From: Limisphaerales bacterium
Lineage (GTDB): Bacteria > Verrucomicrobiota > Verrucomicrobiia > Limisphaerales > JAJOIW01
Direction: 5' to 3'
Length of the DNA: 19,539 bases
Assembly (NCBI GenBank): GCA_965657355.1
Contig: CBFHOE010000001.1
Coordinates: 530,859-550,397, forward strand
Under the pieces are notes generated by a model. The model did no database searches. It saw nothing but the letters and a program-made list of their open reading frames with translations, and was not told the origin of the DNA. Position numbers and translations under genes: made by a program. Shown here piece by piece: positions 17,256 through 19,539 of this stretch; the stretch's first letter is position 1; each line of letters opens with the position of its first letter.

Positions 17256-17288
17256 AATAAAATTTTAATTTCGAGCGAAATTGTTGAT

Positions 17289-18581
17289 TTAGCTAATCCG
17301 GATAGAGCCTGAGCGAGCATGGGCATCTAGGCCTTCAAGTTCTGCGAGCGTGTCCAAGGCTGAAAGAGATTCGGATAATGATTTTTTCGAAAATTCAACA
17401 ACGCTGGTGCGTCTTTGAAATTGGTCCACTGTTAAGCCTGGGAAAGATAGACCCGCACCACCTGTGGGCAATACATGGCTGGGACCAGCGAGATAATCTC
17501 CGAGTGCAGTGGGAGAGTATCCACCCACGAATATAGCACCAGCCGTTGTTATATCTTTTACAACATCTCTTGATTTTTTGAGCATCACCTCACAATGTTC
17601 CGGGGCTATTGCGTTTGTGATTTTGACGCCCAAATCAAGTGAGTCGACATGAATTGCGAAACCGTTTTTCTTCAAAGTCGCGGATATGTAATTGCTTCGA
17701 TTTCTTTCTTTCGATTGTGCTTGAACATGTTTTTCGACATCTCTGAGGAGTTTCTTTGAGGTGGATACCAGAAAAACTCGTTCGTCAGTGCTGCCGTGCT
17801 CTGCCTGAGCAAGTAGGTCTGCGGCAATCCATCGAGAATTTGCGGAGGAGTCCGCCAAAACCAATAACTCACTTGGGCCCGGTAAAAGGTCTATGGCAAC
17901 GTGCCCAACAAGAAGTCTTTTGGCTGCTACAACGTAAGCATTTCCAGGTCCGTATATTTTTTGAACCTTAGCTATCTTTTTGGTGCCATACCCAAGTGCT
18001 GCGATGGATTGGGCCCCCCCAACTCTATAAATCTCGGTCGCGCCAGCCAACTTACACGCAGCTAGTATGTATTTGTTAACATTACCTTCGGAATTGCATG
18101 GCGTGGCTACTACGATTTCCTTGCATCCTGCAGCCTTGGCTAGCGTTACTGTCATGATCACAGTTGATACAAGAGGGGCTTTTCCTCCTGGAACATAAAT
18201 TCCAACTCGATGAAAGGGATCGTATTTCTCTCCAACTCGTGCTCCTTGTGCGTTTTTACCAGTCCAATTCTTTCTCAGTGAGGCCTTGGCAAAGTCTTTG
18301 ACATTCTTGTGACTGAGACGGAGGGCAGATTTAATTTTGGCAGGGATCTCGTCCCATGCTAAACCCATTTCTGATGGCGACACCTGCAACTGAGATGGCT
18401 TCAATGAGGCCTTATCAAATTTTTTCGTGTAGTCGATGACGGCACTATCGCCTTTTTGTTCAACTGCAGTTAGGATCTCCCTCGTGCGTTGATCGACGTT
18501 TTGATCAAATAAACTGCTAGTTTTGGTAACAACTCTGAGTTGCCTATCAAAATTGGAATCGTGAATTTCGAGATACTTCAT
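17289..18581 (-). CDS. hisD: Histidinol dehydrogenase
   Basis: GIYVPGG, GGAQSIAAL, GPGNAYV, GPSE, DLLAQAEH, APEH, GDYLAGPSHVLPT, EGLDAHA. ATG 18581 preferred over TTG 18620. Confidence 0.97.
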   Translation of the reverse strand: MKYLEIHDSNFDRQLRVVTKTSSLFDQNVDQRTREILTAVEQKGDSAVIDYTKKFDKASLKPSQLQVSPSEMGLAWDEIPAKIKSALRLSHKNVKDFAKASLRKNWTGKNAQGARVGEKYDPFHRVGIYVPGGKAPLVSTVIMTVTLAKAAGCKEIVVATPCNSEGNVNKYILAACKLAGATEIYRVGGAQSIAALGYGTKKIAKVQKIYGPGNAYVVAAKRLLVGHVAIDLLPGPSELLVLADSSANSRWIAADLLAQAEHGSTDERVFLVSTSKKLLRDVEKHVQAQSKERNRSNYISATLKKNGFAIHVDSLDLGVKITNAIAPEHCEVMLKKSRDVVKDITTAGAIFVGGYSPTALGDYLAGPSHVLPTGGAGLSFPGLTVDQFQRRTSVVEFSKKSLSESLSALDTLAELEGLDAHARSGSIRIS

Positions 18582-18641
18582 CAACACGTTTAAATTATTG
18601 GAACTAACTGAGGATGTCAAAGGGACAGATCAACCATCTAT

Positions 18642-19301
18642 CTATCTGGACCTTTTGAGAAGTCTCGCCAAAATAAACTCTTGGTTAAATTTCATTTCTG
18701 CTGCGATATCCCAACCCTGATTCTGATGATATATTTTAGGATCTTCGAGCGTTTTGCATTCTAGGTTCGAGACGATTCCGAAAAATTGGTACATAAACCA
18801 CAGTAGAAATTGATTTCTCAGCCGCCAAAAAAAAGGTTTATTTGCGGAGGTAGAAAAGTCCGAATAGAGCCAAACAGCGTCTTTTGAAGCATATTTAGAA
18901 ATTGACTTCACTTCCTTCAATAAATCCGCGTCCATAAACATGTCCAAATAAAAATGTGTCACGATGCCATCAAAACACCCTTTATCCCTTGAAGAAATTT
19001 TGTCTAAGCTGTCGTATATGTAAAATTTGTTACCCGTTTTTGAGTGGCTGCAATTTTTAATCGTTTCAATGATTAGCGACCTCATTGATTGAGATTCTTC
19101 GACTATATGTATATTGGAATTTTTTAATATCTGGGATATATGTGAGACAAACCTTCCCGGCCCTTCACCCAGTATCAAGATGTTGGGTTTTGTTTTTAGC
19201 TCCATGGAGAAAGCAATTCTAGAGTCTTGCATCGACTTTTTATAGACCAACTCCTCAAGCCAGGTATACAAGGGGGCAATAGAATCAAATCCAGAATTCA
19301 G
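18642..19301 (-). CDS. Class I SAM-dependent methyltransferase
   Basis: FDSIAPLYTWLE N-terminal motif, motif I ILILGEGPGRF, IVEESQSM, FDGIVTHFYLDMF, WLYSDF. Start uncertain: CTG 19301, TTG 19397 or TTG 19418. Confidence 0.85.
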   Translation of the reverse strand: MNSGFDSIAPLYTWLEELVYKKSMQDSRIAFSMELKTKPNILILGEGPGRFVSHISQILKNSNIHIVEESQSMRSLIIETIKNCSHSKTGNKFYIYDSLDKISSRDKGCFDGIVTHFYLDMFMDADLLKEVKSISKYASKDAVWLYSDFSTSANKPFFWRLRNQFLLWFMYQFFGIVSNLECKTLEDPKIYHQNQGWDIAAEMKFNQEFILARLLKRSR

Positions 19302-19393
19302 TGATGACGCCTCCGTAGTTAAAGAAGCACTAATACTAGTGTTGGAAGCTGAGCTAGAATTGGATAAGTGGCGATTGACTATTTTGCTAAAAT

Positions 19394-19537
19394 TCAATTC
19401 GAGATAGTTCTGGTCCAATCTGTGGCATGGCTCAATGGGATCGTGTCCCCTTTCGATGATACCACGTTTAAGTTTTGGTTCTGGCCAAAAATTTTATTTA
19501 TATATTCAGATAGTGTTTCATTGGTGGGGCCGTAACC
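19394..19537 (-). CDS. Possible 3' end of a gene entering from the right window edge (partial, unknown product)
   Basis: The minus-strand frame is open from the edge for 47 codons (GYGPTNETLSEYINKIFGQNQNLNVVSSKGDTIPLSHATDWTRTISN) to TGA at 19396-19394; the other two minus frames close within 14 codons. Confidence 0.4.
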   Translation of the reverse strand, partial: GYGPTNETLSEYINKIFGQNQNLNVVSSKGDTIPLSHATDWTRTISN

Positions 19538-19539
19538 AA

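Noticed and set aside
219..17971. Many short (60-110 aa) antisense or off-frame ORFs in the track, e.g. 219-443, 4729-5055, 8036-8344, 8921-9220, 16126-16422
   Set aside because: They lie within or across well-supported genes and show no recognisable motifs; shadow ORFs.
19521..19539. TTGGT...ACCAA inverted repeat and CCA-like end at the window edge
   Set aside because: No tRNA cloverleaf upstream; short stem, truncated context, and it falls in a possible coding frame.
1..19539. CRISPR array, mobile element, or defence system (NYN nuclease and DEDDh exonuclease considered)
   Set aside because: No repeat-spacer periodicity seen; both nucleases are stand-alone housekeeping types, about 5 kb apart, in metabolic context.

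Overview
A gene-dense, fairly AT-rich bacterial chromosome segment made mostly of housekeeping and metabolic genes. Protein style tentatively suggests a Verrucomicrobiota/PVC-type organism (inference only). In order: site-2 protease (-), membrane-anchored protein with a degenerate alkaline-phosphatase-superfamily domain (-), L7Ae-family RNA-binding protein (+), GT2-like glycosyltransferase (+), NCS2 nucleobase permease (-), LMW phosphatase (-), DEDDh exonuclease (-), class I DAHP synthase (-), PPi-dependent phosphofructokinase (-), a stand-alone nuoA (+), phosphohexomutase (+), Rae1/YacP NYN nuclease (+), vWA-like surface protein (+), small membrane protein (-), M1 aminopeptidase (-), hisC (-), hisD (-), class I SAM methyltransferase (-), and possibly the 3' end of another gene at the right edge. 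I see no mobile element, CRISPR array, tRNA or rRNA, and no clearly demonstrable novel system. The best leads are the orphan nuoA and the multi-hairpin spacer after it, the out-of-context L7Ae gene with a structured leader, the pseudo-phosphatase/site-2 protease pair, the pfp-DAHP synthase pairing, an 8-codon mini-ORF bridging into the NYN nuclease gene, and a possible CTG start codon.
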